Shown: positions 11,279 to 21,450, counted from the stretch's first letter. The stretch is DNA of 64,000 bases from a bacterium (GCA_963662285.2 CAXXMV010000006.1:1120001-1184000), one strand, 5' to 3'. Notes: generated by a model from the sequence alone, not told the origin. A program made the numbers and translations.

Positions 11279-11505
11279 TTATTAATTTAACCTCAATTAA
11301 TAAGTATCCACTTTCGAGATGAACCATTTTCAATTATAAATCTAGCAGATTATTCACTATGCGATAGTCTAGGTTAGTATTATAGTAGTATTTTGATAAG
11401 GTTCAGATTATATGCATGTCCTTGCAATAGATAATTATCTATGTTACTTTCAGCCGCTAGTAGGGATTTGTTTATATCAAATCAACAAATAGAGAGGGAT
11501 TCATT

Positions 11506-14316
11506 ATGGTTTGGAACACAAGTATGATGATTCGGAATATAAAATCAAAATGGATTATGTTAGGTATGTGTTTGGTTATGTTTCTATCAACTTTTTCATC
11601 ATGGGCGGCTATGGATTTCAAGTATGATGCAACTTTTGTTGAAGGATGCACTTATGATGACAGCGTTCCAAATCCAGATAAAATCCTGGGCTATCCAGTG
11701 GGAACTCAAGCGGCGACTTATCAGGAGATGTTGAATTATTTTGAAGCGCTCAGTGAATCGTGTGAGCATGTTCAATTATTTCAGTACGGCGAAACCCATG
11801 AAGGACGCAAACTGATTTATCTGGTAGTATCGTCTCCAGATAATATGCGCCAGTTGGAAGCGATTAAATCTAAGATACGTAAGTTGGCTAATCCACCAGG
11901 CGACAGTGATAAAGTTGAAGCCGCATCTATTATTGATAAAACACCCGCCATTGGCTGGCTGGGATACAGCATTCATGGCGATGAACTTTCATCTACCGAT
12001 GCAGCTATCTGGGTGGCTTATCAACTGGCGGCGGGCCAGGATGAGGTTACTAAACAGATATGCAAAGAGACGGTAGTATGCATTGATCCTCTGCAAAATC
12101 CTGACGGGCGGGAGCGCTTTCTTACCCAGATGCGCATGTTTAACGGTAAGGTGATGAATCCCGACGTGCAGAGCGCCAATCATGCAGGCATGTGGCCTTG
12201 GGGCAGAGGCAACCATTACCTGTTTGACCTAAACCGGGATTTTATTATTTTTTCTCAGCCGGAAACAGTCGCCAGGATTAAGATATGGCGCGAGTATAAT
12301 CCTCAGATATTCGTCGATTCGCATGAGATGGGTGGATTGGATACATATCTATTTTCGCCGGCTCGTGAACCGATCAATCCATTTCTGCCGCCTACGCTGG
12401 AGAAATGGTCGAATGTTTTTGCACAGGATCAGGCCGCCGCTTTCGATAAACATGGCTGGAGTTATTATTCCCGCGAATGGCTTGATAACTGGTATCCCGG
12501 TTATACCGATTGGATATCCTATACCGGGGCCATATCCATATTATACGAACAAGCGGGAGTGGATGGTTCTGCGATCAGGCGGCAAGACGGAAGCGCCATG
12601 ACTTTTCGTGAATCAGTGCATCATCATATTACCAGTTCGTTAGCTAACCTGCATACTTTGGCGCAACGCAGGAAAGAGATTATGCGCGATTATGCGACCC
12701 TCAAGTTGAATAATATCCAGCCATGCGGCAAAGATGAAATCTGCGCTTACATTATTGAACCGGGAAAGAATGCGAGCCGCGACTCACAGTTTATCGAACA
12801 TCTACAGTTGCAAGGCATCGAAGTATTCAAGACTACTAAATCTCTCAAAATGGCTCAGGTGAGTTCCAGGTTTGGAGAAATAATAACAGACAAAGAGTTT
12901 CCCATCGGAAGTTGGGTTGTTTACACGCGGCAGCAGATGAAAAACCTGATCAATGCGGTAATGGAATTTGATCCCCGCATGACGGATGAATTTCTGCAGC
13001 AGGAACGTTTTTATCTGGAAAAGAAAAACCAGTCCAGGTTGTATGATGTATCCAGCTGGTCTATGCCTATCGCCCATGCGGTGCAATGCTATTCGGCTAC
13101 CATGCCGGTTGAAATTGATCGGGCAAAAGAGAGTTCCCTTAAAATTAAACCAATTTTTCCATCTACGGTTCCGGCTTATGGATATGTGTTAGATGGCGAT
13201 GATGATGCAACAACTTTCGCCGTGTCTCAATTGCTGGAGAAGGGAATCGCTGTACGGACTGCGGAAAAAGCATTTAACGCGGCGGGGCGTGATTTCCCAC
13301 GAGGCAGTTTTTTGATTCGAAAAGTGGAAAACAGGGATGGCATGAATGAAATCATCAAACAAATCGCCCTGAAAAACAAGGTGCATGTTTATGGCGCCGA
13401 TACCGCGCTTGATCTGGATATGGTGGATTTAGGCGGTCGGTATTTTGGATTGCTGACCTGTCCACGCATTGCTATTGCCATGGGGCGCGGCGTTAATGCG
13501 AATTCTTATGGGGCATTGTGGAATCTATTGGATGCCAAATATCAAATTCGCGCTTCATCGCTCAATGCGGAAGTTTTATCTTCTTTTGATTTGAGAAAAT
13601 ATAATGTGCTGATTTTGCCATCCGGTACATACGAAGAAAGCGTTCTCCCGACGCTGAAGCAATGGGTCAATAATGGCGGGACGCTTATCGCCTTAGACAG
13701 CGCAGTGTCATTTTTCACCAAAGAAAAATCAGACATGTCTTCGGTGCGTGAGAGAATAGATGTGCTGGATAAACTTGAAGAATATGAAGAAGCTGTAGAG
13801 CATGAAGAAAATGCGCTGACCGCCTCAGCCAGTCAGAAGGATGTTTGGGATTACCGTGCGGAAGATATCAAAGAAGCGACTCCCGTCGAGAAGAAGGACA
13901 AATTAGTAAAAGAGAAACTGAAACGCATCGATGCATGGGAAAGACGTTTCAGTCCCCATGGAACATTCTTGAAAACCAAGATCGACGCTTATCACTGGTT
14001 GACCTATGGCGTCAATGATCCACTGGCGGTTATGGTTGGTTCTGGTCAATCTTATTTATCCAAACCTCCAGTAGAGACTCCCGTGCGTTTTACGGATCAA
14101 GCCTCTATCCGGGTAAGTGGATTATTGTGGCCCGAAGCGCGACGACGGTTTGCCAAAACCGCCTATTTGACCAGGGAAAGCGTGGGAAAAGGCCAGGTGA
14201 TTTTGTTCCCGTTTGAACCTGCATTTAGAGGTTATTATCACGAAACCGCTCGGCTGTTATGGAACGCAATCTTCCTGGGCCCGGGATTAGGCGCCCAGAC
14301 GCAGATTCCCTGGTAA
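11506..14316 (+). CDS. M14 family zinc carboxypeptidase with a C-terminal GATase-like domain, secreted
   Basis: HGDE zinc motif, NPDGRE, DLNRD, DSHEM, and a signal peptide. Confidence 0.9.
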   Translation: MVWNTSMMIRNIKSKWIMLGMCLVMFLSTFSSWAAMDFKYDATFVEGCTYDDSVPNPDKILGYPVGTQAATYQEMLNYFEALSESCEHVQLFQYGETHEGRKLIYLVVSSPDNMRQLEAIKSKIRKLANPPGDSDKVEAASIIDKTPAIGWLGYSIHGDELSSTDAAIWVAYQLAAGQDEVTKQICKETVVCIDPLQNPDGRERFLTQMRMFNGKVMNPDVQSANHAGMWPWGRGNHYLFDLNRDFIIFSQPETVARIKIWREYNPQIFVDSHEMGGLDTYLFSPAREPINPFLPPTLEKWSNVFAQDQAAAFDKHGWSYYSREWLDNWYPGYTDWISYTGAISILYEQAGVDGSAIRRQDGSAMTFRESVHHHITSSLANLHTLAQRRKEIMRDYATLKLNNIQPCGKDEICAYIIEPGKNASRDSQFIEHLQLQGIEVFKTTKSLKMAQVSSRFGEIITDKEFPIGSWVVYTRQQMKNLINAVMEFDPRMTDEFLQQERFYLEKKNQSRLYDVSSWSMPIAHAVQCYSATMPVEIDRAKESSLKIKPIFPSTVPAYGYVLDGDDDATTFAVSQLLEKGIAVRTAEKAFNAAGRDFPRGSFLIRKVENRDGMNEIIKQIALKNKVHVYGADTALDLDMVDLGGRYFGLLTCPRIAIAMGRGVNANSYGALWNLLDAKYQIRASSLNAEVLSSFDLRKYNVLILPSGTYEESVLPTLKQWVNNGGTLIALDSAVSFFTKEKSDMSSVRERIDVLDKLEEYEEAVEHEENALTASASQKDVWDYRAEDIKEATPVEKKDKLVKEKLKRIDAWERRFSPHGTFLKTKIDAYHWLTYGVNDPLAVMVGSGQSYLSKPPVETPVRFTDQASIRVSGLLWPEARRRFAKTAYLTRESVGKGQVILFPFEPAFRGYYHETARLLWNAIFLGPGLGAQTQIPW

Positions 14317-14376
14317 TATAAAGATTAGCAAAATATGGTGTGGTGAAGATGTAGAACGGTTTATAATTAAAGGTGT

Positions 14377-14534
14377 GGGCGCCAAGGGCAGTGTTCTTTC
14401 TGCCCTTGACTGATAACCATGTAGCAACGAAAACAATCCTATGATACTCTGTCTTACGTGTGGGTCGCTAGTAGAAATTCTGGAAATTAGAGTAGACTCA
14501 ATCAAGGGCAGAAAATACACTGCCCTTGGCACCC
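14377..14534. repeat. REP doublet (REPIN-like), family A
   Basis: Two inverted CAAGGGCAG...CTGCCCTTG hairpins around a ~90-bp spacer. The whole unit is homologous in reverse orientation to 60654-60808. Confidence 0.8.
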
Positions 14535-14619
14535 GGCCACCCAATATAAGGTGAGGGCGATTCTAAAATAATTGGCTGATCTATTACTTGTTTTTAATGT
14601 TGAGTATTTAACGTAGTTC

Positions 14620-17109
14620 TTGATGACTATCAAGTGGAGAGTAATCATGGGGCGTAAACAAGGTTGTTATTGGATATTTTGTCAATTGGGAATTGCTCTT
14701 CTGATTTCGATTGGTTCAATAGCGTATGCCGCAGAAGAAATAGTTGCTCTTAATCTAAAGACTGAATGGCAGAATCAGTTTAGTGAACTTAAACGGCAAA
14801 TTGATAATCGTGATGCCTTAAACCGGCTGGCGCATCAAACCTTTAACTGTGAGTCGTTGATCGATCCCGGCGACCGTGATCCGGTTGATGTAGTGGTTCG
14901 ACGCACTTGCGCTCTCTTGGATGATATAAAGGGTAACCTTAAACAAGATATAGTAGTGGAGTTTCAACAGAGAATAGAAGAAATAATAGCAGCTAAATCG
15001 CAAATTGATATAAGCCAATCCCTCCAGCGTTATGCTGTGTATCTGGATATATGTCAGTTACGAAGAGATATTGCGTTCCAGAATCCATTATTGGATTTTG
15101 ATAAGTTGCTTTTTATCAAGCGCCATAGGTCTGTTGCTCCAGACGAACACATGTGCGACCAGTTCTATGGTTGTTTCGCCTGTGCGGGCGGTGGATTATT
15201 TGAGTTGCGCAACCCCTTCAGCGATAAGCCGTCGTTGCGTGATATTTTGAGAGACAGTCAGGTTGAGCGGGGACGCTTAGCGGGAAAATGTCTTGCTCAA
15301 GGATCGTTTCTTTCTCCCGATTTGTCTTATGATGGACGTTCTATATTATTCGCCTATACCGAGAATAATTTGATGGCCAAACCGAAGAATGAGCCTTTCC
15401 CCGAAAATGATGACCGATGGACCAATGGTCGCAGTTACCATTTATTTAAGGTAGATGTTGATGGATCGAATCTGGAACAGCTGACCGATGGAACCTGCAA
15501 TGATTTTGATCCATGCTGGCTGCCCAGTGGACGGATTGCCTTTATATCTGAACGGCGTGGAGGATTCTTGCGTTGCGGTTTCCGCCCTTGTCCGGTTTAT
15601 ACCCTGCATAGCATGAACGCCGATGGCAGGGATATTGTACCCCTTAGTTTTCATGAAACCCATGAATGGCATCCCAGCGTTAATCATGACGGCATGATCG
15701 TTTATACCCGATGGGATTATGTTGACCGTGATACCAATGTGGCCCACCATCCCTGGATCACTACGCCTGATGGCCGTGATGCGCGGGCTTTGCAGGGCAA
15801 CTACCCCACTCAGCGGCAGCTGCGTCCCTGGATGGAGATGGATATCCGCGCTATTCCCGGATCGCATAAGTATGTTGCGACTTCAGCGCCGCATCATGGT
15901 CAGGCCTATGGTTCACTGGTTATATGCGACCCGACGGTTAATGATGACGGCGCCATGGCCCCGTTGAAGCGGTTAACGCCGGAAATTCCTTTTCCTGAAG
16001 CTGAATATAAAAAGCAAGGCATCCGCCCCAATGAGGTCTATGCAACAGCATGGCCTTTGAGTGAAGATTATCATTTGTGCGCCTATGACCCCCAGGCGGA
16101 GAACTATGGCGTCTATCTTATAGATTCGTTCGGCAACAGGATTCTATTATATAGAGATGAAAGCATTCCCTGTTTAAGTCCCATGCCGTTAATGGTGAGA
16201 ACCAAACCGCCAGTACTGCCTCATAAAACGTCTGTGGGGAAACCGGATGGAGTTCTGGTTCAAGCCAGTAATTCAGAAACAATACACGTAGTCAATGTTT
16301 ACGACAGCCAGTTTGAATGGCCCGAAGCAACCAGGATCACCGACTTGCGCATCATCCAGGTGCTGCCCAAGACAACCCCTACTAATAATGTTCCCCGGAT
16401 TGGCGTCGCCTCTCAGACCAATGCGCGAGCGGTGCTTGGTACTGTTCCGGTTGAAAAAGATGGCAGCGTCTATTTTAAGGCGCCGGTCAATAAACCTATT
16501 TACTTTCAGGCCTTAAATAAAGATGGTTTGGCTATCCAGTCGATGCGTTCACTTACTTATGTACATAAGGGAGAAACGCTCAGTTGTCAGGGATGTCATG
16601 AATCACGTTACGCGGCGCCCCAAAATTCAAGTTTAACTTCTTTGGCGCTACGCCGGGCGCCATCCATTATTAAAGCAGAGGTGGACGGCTCTAATCCATT
16701 CAATTATCCACGTTTAGTGCAATCGGTGCTCGATAAAAACTGTGTGGACTGTCATGCAAAACATGAAAAAGCCCCGAATCTGAGCGGCGTCCCTGGTGAT
16801 GATAAAGATGGCTATACTCCTTCATACCGCAGTCTGGCTGAAAAATATGGTTTTTATTTCAATGTCTCCAATGGATCATTCAATGATCCTCATCCCATAG
16901 GCGGGGCGCGTACTGTTGCCGGGCAATTTGGAGCGCAGGCTTCAAAACTATATCAGATGTTAAAGGCAGGTCATCATGACGTGCAGCTGTCGAAAGAGGA
17001 TATGCACCGCATAACCCTGTGGCTTGATTGCAACTCGGATTTCTATGGTTCCTATGAGAACACGCTGGCGCAAAGCAGAGGCGAAGTTGTTTTCCCGATT
17101 CTTGAATAG
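14620..17109 (+). CDS. HzsA-related protein (TolB-like propeller, hydrazine synthase alpha middle domain, c-type haems)
   Basis: SYDGRSILFA, DFDPCWLPSGRIAFIS, YTRWDYVDR, LGTVPVEKDGSVYFKAP...FQALN...MRS, CQGCHE, CVDCH. Start is probably the ATG at 14647. Confidence 0.85.
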   Translation: MMTIKWRVIMGRKQGCYWIFCQLGIALLISIGSIAYAAEEIVALNLKTEWQNQFSELKRQIDNRDALNRLAHQTFNCESLIDPGDRDPVDVVVRRTCALLDDIKGNLKQDIVVEFQQRIEEIIAAKSQIDISQSLQRYAVYLDICQLRRDIAFQNPLLDFDKLLFIKRHRSVAPDEHMCDQFYGCFACAGGGLFELRNPFSDKPSLRDILRDSQVERGRLAGKCLAQGSFLSPDLSYDGRSILFAYTENNLMAKPKNEPFPENDDRWTNGRSYHLFKVDVDGSNLEQLTDGTCNDFDPCWLPSGRIAFISERRGGFLRCGFRPCPVYTLHSMNADGRDIVPLSFHETHEWHPSVNHDGMIVYTRWDYVDRDTNVAHHPWITTPDGRDARALQGNYPTQRQLRPWMEMDIRAIPGSHKYVATSAPHHGQAYGSLVICDPTVNDDGAMAPLKRLTPEIPFPEAEYKKQGIRPNEVYATAWPLSEDYHLCAYDPQAENYGVYLIDSFGNRILLYRDESIPCLSPMPLMVRTKPPVLPHKTSVGKPDGVLVQASNSETIHVVNVYDSQFEWPEATRITDLRIIQVLPKTTPTNNVPRIGVASQTNARAVLGTVPVEKDGSVYFKAPVNKPIYFQALNKDGLAIQSMRSLTYVHKGETLSCQGCHESRYAAPQNSSLTSLALRRAPSIIKAEVDGSNPFNYPRLVQSVLDKNCVDCHAKHEKAPNLSGVPGDDKDGYTPSYRSLAEKYGFYFNVSNGSFNDPHPIGGARTVAGQFGAQASKLYQMLKAGHHDVQLSKEDMHRITLWLDCNSDFYGSYENTLAQSRGEVVFPILE

Positions 17110-17125
17110 GAAGATCAGGATTAAC

Positions 17126-17485
17126 TTATTCCTGGAATGGAAGAAATGAGCGTACTTTTTCTTTAAGAGCAGTTAAGTCGCTCGATTTGATAACAAAGGC
17201 ATCCGCATTCCAACTCATGAAATTGTCCTGATATTGTGGATAGGCTGAGTTGATAATAATCGGTCGTTTGCGGTCATGATCCAGTATTCTGGAAATAGCG
17301 TCTAATCCATCCATCCCCGGCATTCTGATGTCGATAACCACTAAATCAGGATTCTCGCTTTTACATAAATCAATGCCTTCAAATCCATTCTTGGCCAGAA
17401 CCACTTGATAACCTTCTTCGGTGAATTCTGTTTGATATAACTGGCGAAGGTTAACTTCATCTTCAATGATCAGAATCTTTTTCAT
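17126..17485 (-). CDS. Single-domain response regulator receiver
   Basis: ILIIEDE, DIRMPGMDG, conserved Lys (VIKS). Overlaps the upstream kinase gene. Confidence 0.93.
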   Translation of the reverse strand: MKKILIIEDEVNLRQLYQTEFTEEGYQVVLAKNGFEGIDLCKSENPDLVVIDIRMPGMDGLDAISRILDHDRKRPIIINSAYPQYQDNFMSWNADAFVIKSSDLTALKEKVRSFLPFQE

Positions 17486-19661
17486 TTGGCGCCTCCAATT
17501 CTTTTGGCAGCCGGATTTCTATTTCGGTTCCTTCTCCTGGTTGGCTATTTACATGTATCGAACCGCCATGGTTTTGTATAATCCGTTGTGAAACATGCAT
17601 TCCCAAACCTGTACCGGTATGTTTTGTAGAGTAGAAAGGTTCAAATATGAGGCTAAGGTTTTTGGGCGCTATGCCAATACCTGTGTCGCATACTTTTATG
17701 CTGATGTCACTGTTATCTTCACATAATCTAATAGTAATTCTACCTCCATTTTCGATGGATTGAATACTATTTTGAAGAATATTTATTAACACTTGCCGCA
17801 TCTGGTTGCGGTCAAAGGGAAACATAGGAATATAATCCCGTTCTATATCGATGGATACGTCATATTCCTCACATTCCGCCTCAAGAAGAGCTACAACGTA
17901 GTCAATCAGTGCATTCATATCATGCAATTCTTTAAATGGAGAATTGGGCCGCGCATAGAATAAAAGCCGGTTAAGTACGTCCTCCATACGCAACGCTTCA
18001 TCTTTGACAATTTTCATGTGGGAATATTCCGCATCTCCTGGCCCGCGTTTTTTCAACATCATGTTTATAAAGCCGCCGATTGCAACTAGCGGCGTTCTAA
18101 TTTCATGGGCCACCGTAGCCGCCATTTGTCCTAAAGCAGCAAATTTACTCGCTTCAATCAGTTTTTCCTGGCTGGCGCGGAGTTCAGAATAGGCCATTTC
18201 GGTCTCTTGCATTTTTTTAGCCAGCTGCTCCATAGCGTCGGCGTGAGCAATAGCTAAAGCTGCTTGAGAGACCAGGATATCGAGGAATTGAATATCTTCT
18301 TCATTGATGGGACGTTTAGTAATGACGTTGTCTGCAATCAGAACGCCGACCGGTTCGTCTTGAACCATCATAGGAAAAACAGCGAAATTGTCGTTGCCTA
18401 ACTGTCGGATTATCTCTTGATTGAAATGGACGTCGGTAACTCCATTTTTGACAAGGAAAGAACGTTTTTGTATAATGGATAGTACCAAAATAGAGGATTC
18501 ATCTGTCAGAGGAACGGAAAGTATTTGAACAATCTGATTGGCGCGTTGTTCTCCGGAACCGGCGTTTTCCAGATATGATAACAACGTATCGGAGAGCGAT
18601 TCTGATCGTGGAATCCCTAATATTCTGTTCCACACCATATTGGCTTCTTCAGGGCTGGATGGTCCAAAGGCAATTCTTCCTATTAAATATTGCTTGGATT
18701 TATCAGTCAGCAACAGGAAAGCCCGGTTGAAACGGAAAACTTCATCAGCGGTTGCTGATATCAGTAACAGACGCAAGCGTTTTTCCAACGTTTCGGTGCT
18801 ATGAAAAAGCTGAGTGATATCGTGTAGGTTTGATAGCGACTTGGTTCGATCTACTACCAGACGTTCCAGATTTTCTGAATAATGCAGTAATTGTTGCTGG
18901 ATTCTTTTCCTTTCGGTGATATTCCTTTGAACGCAGATGAAGCCGAAGACCTGTTGTTCCTCCATTAAAATGGGGGTCATGCGAACTTCAACATCGTATA
19001 GCGACTGGTTGCTTTGCATCCAAGTCATCTCTCCAAACCAGGGTCGCGCCTGGTGGATGCATTGCCAGATTTCGTTATGTTTTTCAGAAGAATCTTTATC
19101 GCTCCAAAAGCATTGCAGTTCGCATCCCAGTATTTTTTCCTGCGACAAACCAACCTGTTTTTCGAATGCTGGATTAGAAAAAAAGATCATTCCATCTTTA
19201 TCGAAGAGCAATATCGCATCGGCAGCTGAGTTAATTGCAGTTTTGAAACTACGCAGTTCCTGCTCAAGCGTCAAAATTTTGCTGCAATCTTCCAGATATA
19301 GGCAAATAAAAGAACCGATGCGGCATGAAATGATCTGGACTTCTATTTCGTTTCCTGAATAGGAATTTATTTTAATCAGTTTTGGCGTAACGGATGGAGA
19401 ATGCATTAACGAGAGAAATAATTCTTTTTCAGCATCATTTTGTACTAATTCTTCTAAATGGCGTCCATCTAAACTTCCGGGATTTTCTAATATTTGAGAT
19501 GCTTTTTTATTGGATCGAACAATAATGCCACCATCATTAATAATGATTATTCCCAATGGGGCATGTTGAATAACTGCATCGAAAACAGCCTCTTGAGCGG
19601 GATTCAGGGTAGAACCGAGATCGCCAGTATTATCATTTCCCAGATCATACGGCATAGCCAA
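17463..19661 (-). CDS. PAS/PAS/GAF sensor histidine kinase
   Basis: VAHEIRTPL H-box, QVLINILQNS, DTGIGI, PFYSTK..GTGLG. Confidence 0.93.
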   Translation of the reverse strand: MAMPYDLGNDNTGDLGSTLNPAQEAVFDAVIQHAPLGIIIINDGGIIVRSNKKASQILENPGSLDGRHLEELVQNDAEKELFLSLMHSPSVTPKLIKINSYSGNEIEVQIISCRIGSFICLYLEDCSKILTLEQELRSFKTAINSAADAILLFDKDGMIFFSNPAFEKQVGLSQEKILGCELQCFWSDKDSSEKHNEIWQCIHQARPWFGEMTWMQSNQSLYDVEVRMTPILMEEQQVFGFICVQRNITERKRIQQQLLHYSENLERLVVDRTKSLSNLHDITQLFHSTETLEKRLRLLLISATADEVFRFNRAFLLLTDKSKQYLIGRIAFGPSSPEEANMVWNRILGIPRSESLSDTLLSYLENAGSGEQRANQIVQILSVPLTDESSILVLSIIQKRSFLVKNGVTDVHFNQEIIRQLGNDNFAVFPMMVQDEPVGVLIADNVITKRPINEEDIQFLDILVSQAALAIAHADAMEQLAKKMQETEMAYSELRASQEKLIEASKFAALGQMAATVAHEIRTPLVAIGGFINMMLKKRGPGDAEYSHMKIVKDEALRMEDVLNRLLFYARPNSPFKELHDMNALIDYVVALLEAECEEYDVSIDIERDYIPMFPFDRNQMRQVLINILQNSIQSIENGGRITIRLCEDNSDISIKVCDTGIGIAPKNLSLIFEPFYSTKHTGTGLGMHVSQRIIQNHGGSIHVNSQPGEGTEIEIRLPKELEAPNEKDSDH

Positions 19662-19813
19662 TTTCCTTATTTTTCAGATTATTTTTATGCCTGTATATTA
19701 TAGAACGTTTATAAAAATAATGTTTGTTTATATTTAAGATGGTTCAAGGCAGAGCAATCACCCCCTTTAAGAACCATATATATAATATATTAATTTACAA
19801 ATCAGCAAAAAAA

Positions 19814-19868
19814 TTGAATTATTTAATTGACAAATTGAATAATTCAATATAAAGTTTGAATTATTACA
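19814..19868 (+). promoter_or_regulatory. Sigma70 promoter overlapped by three phased palindromic operators
   Basis: TTGACA (19827-19832)-N17-TAAAGT (19850-19855). Boxes TTGAATTATTTAA (19814), TTGAATAATTCAA (19835) and TTGAATTATTACA (19856) start exactly 21 bp apart. Confidence 0.75.
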
Positions 19869-20228
19869 ATGAAAACTAAACAATTAGTATCTCTTTGCCC
19901 TGTATGTGGAGATAAATTGCGAATCTCCAAGATGACCTGCGGATCATGCTCGACTCAGATCGATTCGGAGATCGAGGCGCCTGCGTTTTTCCGTCTGCCC
20001 GATGATCTTCAAGAATTTGTTTTGGTCTTTCTACGCCGCCGGGGAAATATCCGTGAGGTTGAGAAGGAACTCGGAATCTCGTATCCCACGGTTTGTAAGA
20101 AATTAGATAAGGTCAATGAATTGCTGGGTAATACAGATAAAAAAATAGATCGTCTTGAAATTTTGGAGCGGCTGGAGCGCGGCGAGATAAGCGCTCAACA
20201 GGCCGCTCAATTATTACGCGAGAGGTGA
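19869..20228 (+). CDS. DUF2089 family Zn-ribbon/HTH regulator with a C-terminal SHOCT-like helix pair
   Basis: CPVCG...CGSC, RGNIREVEKELGISYPTV, and C-terminal RLEILERLERGEISAQQAAQLL. Confidence 0.9.
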   Translation: MKTKQLVSLCPVCGDKLRISKMTCGSCSTQIDSEIEAPAFFRLPDDLQEFVLVFLRRRGNIREVEKELGISYPTVCKKLDKVNELLGNTDKKIDRLEILERLERGEISAQQAAQLLRER

Positions 20229-21083
20229 GAAAAATGGATATGATAACTTATGAAAAAGCCTTTCATGAACATGGCATTATTGAAATTATTATGTTGTTTT
20301 CTATTCTTATACCAATTTTCGGATCGATTGCAGTTGTTCCAGTCTACCGTAATTTTCTTAAAACAAGTTTTTTCAAGTCTTTAGGATTAAGTATATTATG
20401 CTTGATATTAGCGGTATGGTTCAATACGCATTATTTGGCTATGAATCATCTGATACTAATGCCGTTTTTTTTTGGATTGGACGCTTAATCCATTTTTTTC
20501 CGTCACGCGATGCATCACGCCGGGTTTTTTCGTCCTGTTTTTTATTCCATTCATGATATTTTTTTATAAGAAATGGTTTCTTAATGAGACTACCGAAGAA
20601 GAGCGGAAACTGGATATGGATGGCGTCCGCGCCTGGCTACGGCCCATGAATTTGTTCTTCAGCCTAGGACTTTCATTTACTTATTGGAAAACCTTCGCTC
20701 CGGGTGAATCAAGGGATGAAATTTTCGCTGCCTTCTCCGTTCCCCTGTTGATGCTGGTTGCTTATCCAATTGGGATTAATCTTGCGAAAAGGAAATCAGA
20801 GCGTTCCAATAAGGGAGAGAAAGAGAATCGCTCGATGGTTCAGAAAAAGATACTTGATCTGCTTGAATCGGGCAAGATCAATCCGAATGAATGCGTTGAA
20901 CTGCTTGGTGCGGTGAGCAAAGCGAAACCGGCTAATCTAAACACCCGGCAGGAAACTTCAGCGCCCGAACATGAAGCAGCCGCGCCGATGCCTCCGGAGC
21001 CGCCAACTCCACCGCCTATCGATAGCACTGTTAATGATAAACCTACTTCAACCAACTGTAATGAAATAGCGCCGGAACATTAA
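20225..21083 (+). pseudogene. Multi-TM membrane protein with a SHOCT-like tail, split by a frameshift in a T9 tract (ORFs 20225-20488 and 20472-21083)
   Basis: Removing one T at 20465-20473 joins the ORFs (PFF-LDWT). The joined protein aligns with 21451-22152 across the junction (YRNFLKTSFFKS vs YRDYLKITWLKA; KKW..TEEE...DGVRAWL vs RKW..TEQE...EGFKAWL). Confidence 0.7.
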
Positions 21084-21106
21084 ATAATAATGGCTTAGTC
21101 AGGGAG

Positions 21107-21421
21107 ATGAAAACGATGAAACCGAATCAAATTAGAATAGAAATTTTTGACCAAAACAGCCTCTATATACTTGGTTATCTTTTGTTATTGAGCATTTTTA
21201 TTGTAATTTGCATCTTGATTTATAAAAAATATTTTAAAACAACTTGGGGAAAAGTATCAGAAAGAAACGAGAATCACGCCATTGTTCAGCAAAAGATACT
21301 TGATCTGCTTGAATCTGGTAAAGTCAATCCACAAGAATGCGCTGAATTGCTTGGGGCTGTGAGTGAAACTAAAGAAGAGCATGGGGATAACCAGCAGGAA
21401 ACGCAAACACCGGAACATTAA
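21107..21421 (+). CDS. Short paralog: single TM helix plus SHOCT-like domain
   Basis: TM helix, YKKYFKTTW, then QQKILDLLESGKVNPQECAELLGAV. DNA 21284-21363 is highly similar to 20838-20917. Confidence 0.75.
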   Translation: MKTMKPNQIRIEIFDQNSLYILGYLLLLSIFIVICILIYKKYFKTTWGKVSERNENHAIVQQKILDLLESGKVNPQECAELLGAVSETKEEHGDNQQETQTPEH

Positions 21422-21450
21422 AGTAATTGCTTAATCAGTGAGGTGAAAAA

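Noticed and set aside
11112-11333. 73-aa ORF with SGYSGFTGYSGF repeats
   Set aside because: The periodicity comes from the 9-nt DNA repeat element, so it is unlikely to be a real protein.
7812-17109. Evidence of true anammox metabolism
   Set aside because: The genes are not in an hzsCBA operon, no hydrazine dehydrogenase or HAO is in the window, and such homologs are widespread. Only architectural similarity is claimed.
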